A stretch of DNA of 64,000 nucleotides from Acidobacteriota bacterium (lineage in GTDB: Bacteria; Acidobacteriota; UBA6911; RPQK01; JADFOI01): assembly GCA_963663035.1 (NCBI GenBank), contig OY760074.1, forward strand, positions 1,632,001 to 1,696,000. Reading direction: 5' to 3'. The position numbers were made by a program, and so were the translations under genes. The notes below the pieces were generated by a model. The model was given only the letters and a program-made list of their open reading frames with translations. It did no database searches and was not told the origin of the DNA. Positions 42,247-52,795 of the stretch are shown piece after piece; position 1 is the first letter of the stretch; every line of letters starts with the position of its first letter.

Positions 42247-44538
42247 ATGTCCGAAGTACGCCACCCAGAAAAGCCACCCTTGGATCAGCCCGAAGAGCCC
42301 TTGGATTCGTGGAAGGAAATTGCTGTCTATCTGGACCGAGGCGTCCGGACGGTCCAGCGCTGGGAAAAGGAAGAAGGCCTGCCCGCCCACCGGCACCTTC
42401 ACGACAAACAAGGGAGCATCTACGCCTACCGTTCAGAAATTGACGCCTGGCTGGCGAATCGCAGCATTGCCTTGGGGAACAACATGCCAGGCTGGTTCCG
42501 ACTCTTCTCAGAACACAGGAAGACTGTTGCAGGTCTGGCAGGCGCGGTCACACTGTTTCTACTGGTGGGTCTAGTCGCTTGGATGGACATCGGCTCTTCA
42601 TCCAACCCTGAAGGTTTGAACTTTCAACAGCGCGATTGGGTGCTGATCGCTGACTTTGAGAATCGCACCGGCGAAGCTGTCTTTGACGGTGTACTGGAGT
42701 ATGCGCTGGAACGGGAGATCAGCAACTCCCAGTTTGTCAACGTGGTTCCTCGTGAACGGATCGAGGACACGTTGCAGCTGATGAAAAAACCCCTCGACAC
42801 CCGCATTGATCGGACTCTGGGAAGAGAAATTTGCTTGCGGGACGGAGGCATTAAGGCGTTGCTCACAGGCCGGGTGGAGAAACTGGATTCAACATACCTC
42901 CTGAGTGTGCAAGTGGTCGATCCCAGCCAGGGGCAGGTGGTAGCCACCGCTAGTGAAGAAGCCGTAGGGCAAGAGCAAGTTTTGTCTGCATTCAGGTCGC
43001 TCTCCAATTGGAGTCGAGAAACCTTGGGAGAAGCACTCGTCCTCATCCAGCAAAGCAACGAGAAGCTAGAGAAGGTCAGCACGCCTTCCCTGCGGGCACT
43101 TCAGCTCTTTACGAAAGCGGAGGCTTTGATTAGCCAGGGGCGAGATGATGTGGCAGAAGAGTTATTGAAGCGGGCGGTTGCCATAGATCCAGAGTTTGCG
43201 TCTGCGCACATATTCCTTGCCCATGCTATCCGAAACCAGCGGGTACCTCGTACCCTAAAGCCTGCTGAGGATCGTGTAGACGAATACATGAAACATGCTG
43301 AACAGGCTTTTCAGTTGGCGGGGACAACCAGTGACCGAGAGCGATACTTTATCCATGGAAGTTACTCCGCAATGAAGGGAGAGCCTGAAAAGGCCATTCA
43401 CGCCTTTGAAACACTTTTAAGTCTCTACCCCGATCACTTCTGGGCCGTCAATAATCTGGCCAACCAATTCAATAGTGTCGGTCAAGAGCAACGAGCTTTA
43501 GCTTACGACTTACGGCGTGCGGACTTGCGCCCCAGTAGTTTCCGGTACACAACTCAGGCAAGTTATCAGCTGCTTCTTCATGGTGACCTAGCCAGAGCAA
43601 AAACTTACTGGGGTCGTGCTCTGGATCTTATGACCCCAGAAGAGTTCGAGCAAAACCCCACTCCGGCAATACGGTTGCTGTGGTTACCAGCATTTGAGGC
43701 TCTTCTGCATGCCGACCCAGAAACTGCGCTTCGGGAATCCAATCGTTTGTTGGAAAGGTTAAGAAGTTCTGAGCAGAGAGGCTACTTCAACTACGAGCCT
43801 ACCGGTGCATTCTACCTCACGTTGGGCAAGATCGGGCTAGCTCGAGAATGGCTCGAAGAGAGCGACAACGGAGGCTCTCGACGTCACTATTTCTTGGCGG
43901 CCATCGCCTATGTTGAAGAAGATCATGAGGCGATGACAGAACACCTGAAACGGCTGTTGAAAGCTTGGGAGTCCCAAGAGGACACGGAGGGCCCAGTTCG
44001 TGCGCGAAATGTAGTGCTGCTACTGGTTCGTGGTGGTTTGTTGTTGGAGGCAGAGGAATTGTTCTCCAGTTGGAGCAGGCCAGTAAGAGGGGAAGCGATG
44101 GAAAGGCGTCGGGATATACTGGGAGGTGTACTCGCCCTGAGCCGGGGCAACAGGATCGAAGGGATGAGAATGCTTGAGAATGCTCTTTCATCTATTGGTC
44201 CCTGGGATCGAGCCGCTGCACCTTATTTTATGGGATCTGAGCTCCTAGCAAAGGCATGGAGAGAGCAGGGTAATTCAGGCAAGGCGGTTCAAGTGTTGAA
44301 AACAGCTTTAGAGGAAAAGTCTCGTCTACTGCTAGAGCAGTCTTTACTGACTGTACCGATTTGGTTAAGACTCCAAGCCCAGCTTGCGCAGCTTTACAGC
44401 GAAATGGGTCGTGCCGAGGATGCTCTGAAGATCGAGGATGAGCTTCGCAAGCGGCTCGCCTACGCCGACCCCGATCACCCCATACTCCGCCAACTAGACC
44501 GTACTGAGGAATTAGCACTCCTACAACCAACCAACTGA
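42247..44538 (+). CDS. Transmembrane protein with an N-terminal HTH, a TolB_N-like domain and TPR repeats
   Basis: LDSWKEIAVYL.RGVRTVQRWEKEEGLP HTH; TM helix; VLIADFENRTGE; TPRs. Confidence 0.85.
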   Translation: MSEVRHPEKPPLDQPEEPLDSWKEIAVYLDRGVRTVQRWEKEEGLPAHRHLHDKQGSIYAYRSEIDAWLANRSIALGNNMPGWFRLFSEHRKTVAGLAGAVTLFLLVGLVAWMDIGSSSNPEGLNFQQRDWVLIADFENRTGEAVFDGVLEYALEREISNSQFVNVVPRERIEDTLQLMKKPLDTRIDRTLGREICLRDGGIKALLTGRVEKLDSTYLLSVQVVDPSQGQVVATASEEAVGQEQVLSAFRSLSNWSRETLGEALVLIQQSNEKLEKVSTPSLRALQLFTKAEALISQGRDDVAEELLKRAVAIDPEFASAHIFLAHAIRNQRVPRTLKPAEDRVDEYMKHAEQAFQLAGTTSDRERYFIHGSYSAMKGEPEKAIHAFETLLSLYPDHFWAVNNLANQFNSVGQEQRALAYDLRRADLRPSSFRYTTQASYQLLLHGDLARAKTYWGRALDLMTPEEFEQNPTPAIRLLWLPAFEALLHADPETALRESNRLLERLRSSEQRGYFNYEPTGAFYLTLGKIGLAREWLEESDNGGSRRHYFLAAIAYVEEDHEAMTEHLKRLLKAWESQEDTEGPVRARNVVLLLVRGGLLLEAEELFSSWSRPVRGEAMERRRDILGGVLALSRGNRIEGMRMLENALSSIGPWDRAAAPYFMGSELLAKAWREQGNSGKAVQVLKTALEEKSRLLLEQSLLTVPIWLRLQAQLAQLYSEMGRAEDALKIEDELRKRLAYADPDHPILRQLDRTEELALLQPTN

Positions 44539-44596
44539 CGCTGTTTATCTCCGATTCTCAGTAACCGGAAACAAAACCCACCCAAAATCCACCTCA

Positions 44597-44746
44597 TTTT
44601 CACCACTTAAATCCGCACCCTATCCGCACCCTGGCCCTATTTGTCGCTTTACGACACCTTGACTGAATTGACTTAAATTATTGATTAAAAAGGATTTATA
44701 TTGGAGCTGGAGACGGGAATCGAACCCGCGACGTCCAGCTTGGGAA
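44597..44746 (-). repeat. att-like scar: 3' 45 nt of tRNA-Gly plus a 105-bp arm
   Basis: 44702-44746 matches the tRNA 3' part (anticodon loop to CCA, 1 mismatch); the arm repeats 45817-45921 at the same offset. Confidence 0.85.
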
Positions 44747-44837
44747 ACATCCCCGACTCCTTCGTAAAGGACAAATGCTGCAAGCCTGGTCAGTCTATCC
44801 TACCTTTAGGCCAAAGTCGTTAATAGCTTGAGCAAGA

Positions 44838-44992
44838 GCATATAGGAGTTTGCTTTTTTGAGGCTAGTGGATCTTTGCTCGAAAAGCGGGTAGAGACCTC
44901 CTATTGCTCCATCCAGGCGATGATGTGCATTTCGCTGCCACAGTGGGAACAACGAAGTGGGTCGACTTCGTAAATCTTTTTGAGGAGCCTCG
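44838..44992 (-). mobile_element. IS91-family transposase C-terminal remnant with a probable oriIS end
   Basis: RLLKKIYEVDPLRCSHCGSEMHIIAW followed by aaaagcaaactcctat. Confidence 0.65.
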
Positions 44993-45001
44993 GCTCTTCC
45001 C

Positions 45002-45058
45002 CTCCGCGACGACCCTCGCTTCCACGACCTGCGGCGGCGGATGAATTTGGGGCCGTGA
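45002..45058 (+). pseudogene. C-terminal remnant of a TPR/kinase-type gene
   Basis: LRDDPRFHDLRRRMNLGP-stop resembles the LRxDPRFxxLLRRM terminus of that family. Confidence 0.55.
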
Positions 45059-45195
45059 AGGGCACCTCAAAATATGTGAAACCAGCAAGACAGTGCCGAG
45101 TCATTAGGAGGTTTCAGTATGAGTTTGGCCACTAGTTGAAACGTTGCTCAGCTCACCGTTACCAGGCCAAGCCACCTCATTGATCTTTGGGTGTC

Positions 45196-45708
45196 TTACT
45201 CCAACCGGACCAGCCGGTACTGGATTGATCCGTCACGTGGTGCGAAAGCCGCTCTCAGAGTCAGGGTGAGCGAATCGCCTTCGAGTTCGTACTCATAGGA
45301 AAACGGCCTTTGCGTGATGGCATTGGGGTTTTTGGAGACCGTAATGTCAACGGTGATGGTGGAGTCAGTGACCTCATAGGTCCCCGCATTGGCAATGAAG
45401 TTGTCGTAAGCGGCCAATCGTTCTTCGTCGGTCGGTTGACTAGGGAACGGAAGGTGGGAGTCGGTCTCGACGAGCATAGTGCTGTAATAGCGATCGGTGA
45501 ACATGTAAAGGCCAGGCTGACCCTCTATGGTCGTCGACGTCCCATCGGCCGACGTCACGATGGCCTCGGTAATGCTCCACACACCTTCGAGGGGACCTCT
45601 CGCACTCACCTCAGGTTCGGCCGCGGTTTGCTCTTGCTGCGGCTCTGATGCACAGGCGGCAGACAAGGTGACGGCTAGGAGTAGAACAATGTTCAGAAAA
45701 ACTTTCAT
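45196..45708 (-). CDS. Lipocalin-like domain lipoprotein
   Basis: SAAC lipobox-like site; LEGVW and ANAGTYEV beta-barrel pattern; RBS gggagg. Confidence 0.75.
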   Translation of the reverse strand: MKVFLNIVLLLAVTLSAACASEPQQEQTAAEPEVSARGPLEGVWSITEAIVTSADGTSTTIEGQPGLYMFTDRYYSTMLVETDSHLPFPSQPTDEERLAAYDNFIANAGTYEVTDSTITVDITVSKNPNAITQRPFSYEYELEGDSLTLTLRAAFAPRDGSIQYRLVRLE

Positions 45709-45921
45709 GATTTCCTCCCTAGGATTGGTTGAACCGAGTAAGATCGAGCCCTTTTGTAGTTGATACTTATAGCACCCGGGGCAAAGTCGGGTCCACGACT
45801 GCCTGATCTCCCCAAATTTTCACCACTCAAATCCGCACCCTATCCGCACCCTGGCCCAATTTGTCGTTTTGCGACACTTCACTCAACTTGACTCAACTGA
45901 TTGATTAAACAGGATTTAGAT

Positions 45922-45996
<75 letters not shown>

Positions 45997-45997
45997 T

Positions 45998-46795
45998 CTC
46001 CCAATGACCTTTGGTCTGCCGACTTCAAAGGAGAGTTCATGCTGGGAGACAAACGGTACTGTTATCCTCTCACCGTGAGCGATCACGCCAGCCGTTATCT
46101 GCTCGCCATCGAGGCTCTCGACAGTGTTAAGGAAAGAGGTGCTTTCCCCGTATTCGAGAGAACCTTTCAAGAGTTAGGTTTGCCGGAAGCGATCCGCACG
46201 GACAACGGAGTCCCTTTTGCATCACCCAACGGATTGTTTGGACTCAGTCGACTGGCCGTCTGGTGGCTTAGGCTAGGAATCCGAATCGAGAGGATCAAGC
46301 CCGGCCATCCCGAGCAGAACGGAAGGCATGAGCGCCTTCATCTCACCCTCAAGAAGGCCACAGTCGTTCCCGCTGCCCACAACCTTCTTCAGCAGCAAGA
46401 GAGGTTTAATGCCTTTCAGGCGGAATACAATACTGAGAGACCTCATGAGGCCCTGGGCATGAAGTTTCCGTCCGAGGTCTATACTCCCGCATCTTGTCCC
46501 TACCGAGGAATCGGGCGCGTCGAGTACCCCATGCACGATCGCACCGTGACCGTCACCAGCTGCGGCAGAATCTGTATGAAAAGTCAAAAGATCAACTTCA
46601 GCACGGTGTTTGCTGGTCAAGATGTTGGAATCAAAGAGGTCAAAGAGAAAATTTGGCTGGTGTCGTTTATGGAATACGACCTCGGTTACTTTGACGAAGA
46701 CAGTAGAAGGTTTGAACCTATAAATAACCCTTTTGGTGCAAAGGTGTTACCTATGTCTTCGGAATAAACTGTAACCTATGTGTCCGGAATGCACC
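45998..46795 (+). mobile_element. 5'-truncated IS481-family element (integrase core and right end)
   Basis: PNDLWSADFKG, IRTDNGVPF and PEQNGRHER; tandem tgt(t/a)acctatgt..cggaat end motifs at 46745 and 46770. Confidence 0.85.
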
Positions 46796-46804
46796 GATTT
46801 AGAT

Positions 46805-46871
46805 TGGAGCGGGAGACGGGAATCGAACCCGCGACGTCTTGGGAAGCTGGCATTCTCTGAATTACTCCCGC
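46805..46871 (-). pseudogene. Degenerate tRNA-Gly copy with two 4-nt deletions
   Basis: Identical to 45922-45996 except for 4 nt missing in the anticodon stem and 4 nt in the D-loop. Confidence 0.8.
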
Positions 46872-47081
46872 TCTTAATGAAATCAGCTATTTACAAGAAA
46901 ACAAGTGACTTAAGAAAACGCCATAATGTCTCTCTAGTCTATGCTGTCTGTCAAAAACCCCCCATTCAGACAGCAAAATGGACAGCAAAACAGACAGCAT
47001 ACCAGCCTGAGAATCCCACATTCTCAGGCTGGCTTTGGCAACGCGAAAAACTATACCACAGCGCAACAAAATCCATAAATC

Positions 47082-48488
47082 TTATCTCAACACTCGCAGA
47101 ATTTCGTCTCCGGCGATCCATTTCCGATCCTTGCCTATCAGCTTCTTTGGCTCGAGGCAAAACACTTTGGTTAGGACCTGTTGATAGCCATCTTTAAAGG
47201 GCAATCGCTGTACCTTTTCTTCAAGCTCCGTCTGGGCGATTTCCAGTTTTCTCCGGCCCAGAGACGATTTGACTTCCCCGACCAGAAGGAGCCGCCTATC
47301 CTCAGATTCCGAGACCACATCGACCTCAAGTGGTTTGCGATCAGCTCCAGTTCCCCACCATCGCTGCGCCGGCACCCATTCGATCCCCTCCACCTTCAGG
47401 TGAACAAAGGCACATCGAACCAAGTGCTCCCAGATCTCTCCACTGTGGCTTCCAAACTGCTTTTGAACGGCCTCCCTCACCGGTCTTACCATTCCGGACT
47501 CGAGACGAGAGCGGTTCGGTTCTACGTAACGAAACCAGAACGCTAAAAAGGGATCATCAATGCGATACAAAGTTTTTTTTGAACTTCTTGGTGGGGCCCC
47601 GAAAGGCTGTTCACGTCGAATGAGTTCTAGCTCTAACAATCGATATAGCGGGCGGGTGAGCGACGTTGCCGGCTTCCCCAGCCGCCCAGCTATCTCGGAC
47701 ATGCGATGGCATCCCTGCCCGATCAGAGAAAGGATCGATGCTGCCTGAGCTGTCTCGCGTAAATCATCCAGCAGCAGCCGAGTAGGTTCATGATGAAGTA
47801 CCCCCAAAGGATCCAGTACCAGCTCTTCGACCGCATGCCAACTGTTTTTGTACACGGCTGCCAGCTCCCAGTAACGGGGCACTCCTCCCCAAATGGAATA
47901 CGCTTCCACCATTTCGGTCGGTTTCGATATCTTGAGTGCTCTACCAATCCATGCTGCTCCCAAAGATTGAATGTGTAGTATCTCCTGCGCCCTTCCATAT
48001 AGGGGTGCAGAGGCATCGAGCACCAGGCCCTGCATCATTCGCTGGGAGGACCCACAGATCACAAGATGTAAGGCCCTTGCCCTGTTTTGATCCACGAGTC
48101 GCTGCAAGAGACTTGGCAATTCCGCACTTGCCTTGGCAAGGTAGGGAAATTCGTCCAAGGCCAGTACAACACCCGGAGGTGCATCATTCCACCACCGTTG
48201 AAACAAGCTGTCCCAGTCAGGGTACTCAACGGAGGCAAAACCGGGGAGCACCTGTTCTATGGCCACAGCCAACGCGGCTCGCTGCAAAGTCGGCTCGCGT
48301 TCGTCCGCGACGTAATAAACGGACTTTCGAGGCCTGAGCGTTTCCTGGAGGAGACGCGACTTGCCGCACCGCCGGCGCCCGTACAAACAGCAAAAAGTAC
48401 TCTCGCTAGAGGCGAACGCCTTCTGCAGGCGGGCTTTCTCACTTTCTCGATCCAGGAATGGTAGCCGCACGGAATAGTTCTCCTTCAA
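47082..48488 (-). CDS. Archaeal-type ATPase with DUF234 and a C-terminal PD-(D/E)xK-like domain
   Basis: FLDRE, YGRRRCGKS, LDEFPYL, CGSS, GGVPRY, DPFLAFW and EVDVV...GEVK motifs. Confidence 0.88.
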   Translation of the reverse strand: MKENYSVRLPFLDRESEKARLQKAFASSESTFCCLYGRRRCGKSRLLQETLRPRKSVYYVADEREPTLQRAALAVAIEQVLPGFASVEYPDWDSLFQRWWNDAPPGVVLALDEFPYLAKASAELPSLLQRLVDQNRARALHLVICGSSQRMMQGLVLDASAPLYGRAQEILHIQSLGAAWIGRALKISKPTEMVEAYSIWGGVPRYWELAAVYKNSWHAVEELVLDPLGVLHHEPTRLLLDDLRETAQAASILSLIGQGCHRMSEIAGRLGKPATSLTRPLYRLLELELIRREQPFGAPPRSSKKTLYRIDDPFLAFWFRYVEPNRSRLESGMVRPVREAVQKQFGSHSGEIWEHLVRCAFVHLKVEGIEWVPAQRWWGTGADRKPLEVDVVSESEDRRLLLVGEVKSSLGRRKLEIAQTELEEKVQRLPFKDGYQQVLTKVFCLEPKKLIGKDRKWIAGDEILRVLR

Positions 48489-48594
48489 TGGGTGAATAAT
48501 GTTTGTCCAACATTATGTTTGTACTGCATCATTATCGCAGGTGTCAAGATTCCGTTTCATTTTCAACTAAAGTTTTGTGTCCCCTCCTCGCAGA

Positions 48595-48715
48595 AGCGGT
48601 GGAACTGTGGGAAACGGTGAGCGCCAGCGAGCCGTTTTCAAAGCGCTGTGGGAACGGATGGGAAAAGTCCTTTGGATTTTTCCACGGTTTCCAGAGCGCG
48701 GCAGTTTCTACGGCT
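48595..48715. repeat. Branched hairpin element (MITE- or IS-end-like)
   Basis: gcggtggaactg...cagtttctacggc outer stem with inner gcgctgtgggaac/gtttccagagcgc and ggaaaagtcc/ggatttttcc stems. Confidence 0.5.
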
Positions 48716-49038
48716 TGCTCCCAACCGAACCACAGCGATTTAGCTCGTTAGCTTGGGTATACCTTCCTTCGGGCTAAAGAGGGTCGAAGAGCAGGTCTGG
48801 CCCATAGGAGATCGTTGGTTGTAGGGCAACCTCGAGGAACTTTTTCCCGCCGTTTCGCCTTAGTCTTTTGTCGCTTTGCTTGGGCCACGTTTTTCGATCC
48901 AAAGCAAAGGTAAAGAACGAATCACCCGATTACACCTCAACCGACCTGGTGCACTGAGGGTGCCACATCATGCTGTTTTTAAGGTATGACATGGTTTGGG
49001 AAACATTTGGTGGCATTCCCATTTCTTCCCGTTAAACT

Positions 49039-49325
49039 TTCCTACGACATGCACCTTTGCACCCTTTCTTTTCTTTTCTTTTTCTAATTAATTGAAAAAT
49101 AAAGAGATAAGAAGAAGAGAAGTAGGGTGCAAGTGAGGGTGCAAGTGGGTGCAAGTGGGAAGTGGAATGTTTTCTATAGTTTAGAAGGTGCATATCGCTG
49201 AAACCCAGGCGGGGAAAGGGTTTCAAAAATCGCTCCAGGGTGCAAGTGAAAACGCCCTTTTTCCACTTGCACCCGCTGAAACCCGCGTCATTACTGGAAG
49301 GGTGCAAGGGTGCATGTTGTAGGAA
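49039..49325. repeat. Origin-like region: 28-bp outer IR, GGGTGCAAG repeats in both orientations and an AT-rich core
   Basis: 49039-49066 versus 49298-49325 is a 26/28 IR; three tandem gggtgcaagtg near 49125-49158; pyrimidine/purine AT tract at about 49065-49122. Confidence 0.7.
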
Positions 49326-49610
49326 GATCTCAAAGAAAACTAATGAGCTAAAACCCTTAAATCATTCTCACCATGTGTTGTCTTGTGTCATTCCCAAAAT
49401 TGTCTGGTTGTCGCTTGAAATGTTTAATCGACGGGATGAAAGGTCGAAGACTTGAGCAAACCGGGAGCGGCTAAAGGAGTAGCAGAAAATACAGATGCCA
49501 TTCCGGTGCAGTCTGTGTTGCCCCTAAGTTTTCTCATAAATTGCGCTGCTCTTACCTTATTGCCGATTTTTGAATTGGGCGTGGGAAGGTTGGGGTGTGG
49601 GAGCGGGAAA

Positions 49611-49970
49611 ATGCCACAAAACCTTAATTTTGTGGCATCGAATTTCGGGCTTCTGGAACGAATTTTTCGTTCTGAAAGCCGCGTCTGGTGCGGGTCCCAG
49701 GACCGTACCGGCGGGCAAGGGGGTGTCTGGAGGCAGGGAAAGTTGCCACAAAACATTGTTATTAGCCACAAAACATTTACCTAAGCCACAAAACATTGTT
49801 ATTAGCCACAAAAGTGAGCTTTTGTGGACGGTTTTTTACGATTTTTTGAAGAAATTGGCGAGAAGGTGTCTGAAGGCAAGAAAAAGTGGCACAAAACATT
49901 GTTATTAGCCACAAAACATTTACCTAAGCCACAAAACATTGTTATTGGCCACCAAATATTTGCCACTAAA
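49611..49970. repeat. GCCACAAAA iteron-like arrays with a 20-bp period, plus two palindromes
   Basis: Units at 49745/49765/49785/49805 and 49888/49908/49928/49948; IRs at 49611-49638 and 49806-49827. Confidence 0.85.
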
Positions 49971-50244
49971 TGTGAGTTCCCCTCCGGGGATGTCGAGAAA
50001 GAGGAAAACCTCCTCCCCGTACAGATTAAGCAATTGATCGCTGATCAAGATGAAGCCACGCTCAAACTTTTCCTGGCGCTCCAGGAACAAATAGTGGAGT
50101 TCAGAGAGTATATAGGGAAAAGAGGAGGGGAAAAATAAGGAGGGTTGTCGTTCCGGCTTAGGCCACAATCCGAGTCCCAATGCCCCGAATTTTGCCATCT
50201 AGAACAAGACAGGACCCGACACCCCCCACTGCTACAATCGAGCT

Positions 50245-50475
50245 TTGATGAGAAAAAGCGCAATCATCGCGAAATGTCTCGTAAACTCGAACATGATGAC
50301 TCGGCTGGAAGACGCCGAGTGTGCCGTGGAGAAGATATTTATTGGGAAGTTTCCAAACTCAAACTTTTCTAAATGGAATCAAGAAATCAATGACAAGATC
50401 GCGGAACATATTATCCGAACCGTTGGGCGGGCATCCCGCATCAACGTCAACAGATTCATCAAAGACCTCTGGTAA
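50245..50475 (+). CDS. Small hypothetical protein
   Basis: 76-aa ORF with globular-like composition. Confidence 0.45.
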   Translation: MMRKSAIIAKCLVNSNMMTRLEDAECAVEKIFIGKFPNSNFSKWNQEINDKIAEHIIRTVGRASRINVNRFIKDLW

Positions 50476-50592
50476 AACCGTTTCCAAGCAAGACCACCCG
50501 ACAGCACCAATCCCCCCGAGCAAAAGGGACCTTCCCAAGAAGCTCCACCTTTTTTTCAGCAGCTTGGCGGACCGTCCTGCTATTCTGAATAG

Positions 50593-50886
50593 ATGGATGG
50601 CGTAACGCATAAAGTCGTAGGGGCGGCCACAGGGACGTTCGGCGCACTCAAACTCTGCGAGGAACAACAGCTGATTCCGGACTTCCTCGATCTCTTGATT
50701 ATGCTTTGTGCCGGAATTTTGGGTGGCCGCATGGCTGATATCCTAGAGCCCGCAACCAATCCTTGGCACCGCGCCGCAGCTCACTCCGTGCCTATAGCAG
50801 GCTTGGTCGCTCATGCTATCCAGGCGATTTCCGACAATGACCGCTGCCCTGAATGGCTCCAGCAAAATCATCGCTGGAGACTTTAG
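50593..50886 (+). pseudogene. Membrane metal-dependent hydrolase (YdjM-like), truncated or frameshifted
   Basis: MDGVTH...ADILEPA..P.HR..AHS motif; short for the family. Confidence 0.55.
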
Positions 50887-51062
50887 CTCCTGTCCTTCCT
50901 TTGGGGATACGCAAGGCACCTTGCTCTCGATCTTTTGACCGCAAATGGCCTTCCACTCCTCAACCCCGGAAAAGGCGTCACTGTCCATCCGCTCCTTCCA
51001 GCTTCACAGTAAGTAGTGATGGTGAGTACTACTATGCTCAGTGAAGAAAGCCACAACTGATC

Positions 51063-51413
51063 ATGCCAATTGTCCGAGCACTGCCAAGCCTTCAATCAGG
51101 AAAAGCATTCTTAGAGTTGCGTAATGACTTCGATCAGCCGGTAACGCTGAAGGGTATGTTCCTGGCTACAAGCTCGGCAGGCCCGCTTACAGCCTTATTG
51201 GACGAACCTAAAGAACTTACTCCCGGGAAACCACACCATACTGACATCACAGAAAAATTGCGCTCCCTGTTTGCCCAACACACTTCGAACGCGCAAGATA
51301 AAGTAGTGAGTATCTCGCTCAGCTTGGAACCCGAACCACCCAACCAGCCGCAAGCATCCCACTACATTTTGAGATTTGAAGATGGGCGCTTAACCCAATT
51401 CTCTAGCGGTTAA
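51063..51413 (+). CDS. Hypothetical protein
   Basis: 116-aa beta-rich ORF; no family recognised. Confidence 0.45.
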   Translation: MPIVRALPSLQSGKAFLELRNDFDQPVTLKGMFLATSSAGPLTALLDEPKELTPGKPHHTDITEKLRSLFAQHTSNAQDKVVSISLSLEPEPPNQPQASHYILRFEDGRLTQFSSG

Positions 51414-51452
51414 AAAACGCTTTCGGCCTCCCTCTTCTTTTTCTTGCCGTTT

Positions 51453-52766
51453 CTAGTCCAGGTCACCGATAACGCTGGTTTTTGCAAAGTCATCACCAAT
51501 GGTCAGTTGCACGTCGACTGGATTGACTAACTCTGATAGATTGGCATCTTCACCATCGGCGTCGAAAGCGAAGCTATCATTTCCGAGCGGTGTGATCTCG
51601 ATCTCTAACTCTACTCCCCTAATCTCACCCTCAAATTCAAAGGTTCCGGCAACTAACTCGAAAGAGCCAGCAGGAGTTGTTAAATGGAGGGTGTCTATGG
51701 ACAGGGTAACACTTTCCGTGAGCAGGTCTATGCCATTGTTCCCTTCACCTAGTGTAAACGTGCCTTCAATCTCGAACCCATTAAGAGCTGCTATAGTTTC
51801 CAGTTCACCGACTTCAAAATTAGCCTCCACTGCCAGATCCCCACGGTAGTTATAGGTGAAGGTTATGACCTTTCCAGCCTCAATAGTCCCTACCTCGTGC
51901 CTTATGTCATTAACACCCCCGGCTGTTGCGTAGCTAACAATCTCTAACCGAAACTCGGTTCCAGAAAGCCCATGAAGATCGATTTGATACACTCCTACCA
52001 GAGGCTCAACCGTGTCAAAGCTTAGAGACGGGTTTGTTGGGAAACCCCCATTTTGTGGGTCATCATCACCGACGGAATCACTACCGAAGGTTGCATTGGG
52101 AATCCCAAACACTGATCCCCCGGTGTCGGGGTCGAGTCCTTCCTGCCTTCCAAGGGGATCCGTAATAAGAAAATCGGCATCCCCTGTGACAACAAAGATC
52201 AAATAGCCCGGATCTTCTTCCGGCCGGTAGATCCGCATCGATTTAGCGGTGTTACCATAGGCAAGAAGAGTAGTCTCAGCATACCCCGGATCCTTAATGG
52301 TGTGTGTATTCACTCCATTAACTACAGTTTGACCGTCAACGACAACAAAGTGTGTACCGTTGGGTCCATCGACCTGTAAGATTACCGGATTCCCATTGCA
52401 GAGCTCCTCATTGAGGACATTTACGTCATACTCATCAGTGAATATCTTAAGATCGAGGGTGCCACCGGAGAGCGTCCCAAACTCGAGAACCTCACGCCAG
52501 CTCATGTTCCCGTCGTTGAGGAATCCTCCTGGTTGCGTCCTAAGAAACTTATTGAGGGTACCGGGATCGACTGGTTTTCCATCAGGATCTGTGTCAATAC
52601 CATACGCCCTCAATACCATCCCAGCTGAAGCAATTGCACAGCCTTTGTTCCGCATTTTTTGTCCTTCGAGGTGGTCGAAGGGGTCATTTGCCCAAGGTTC
52701 TAAGGTCCCATCCACCTTAACCCCTTGCTTGAAAAGGAGGGGGACGTCCACTGTACATGGCACAAT
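51453..52766 (-). pseudogene. C-terminal part of a secreted protein with a C39-like peptidase domain, cut off by IS3
   Basis: VPLFKQ...GCAIAS...HFVVVDG...IKDPG catalytic pattern; the 5' end of the ORF-track call lies inside the IS3 end. Confidence 0.75.
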
Positions 52767-52795
52767 TGACCTGCCCCCACGAACGAGTCCACCCT

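Noticed and set aside
46778-47197. 139-aa ORF
   Set aside because: Antisense of the degenerate tRNA and att arm, and it overlaps the ATPase end
49745-49970. Possible CRISPR array
   Set aside because: The period is only 20 bp, the linkers repeat instead of being unique spacers, and there are no cas genes
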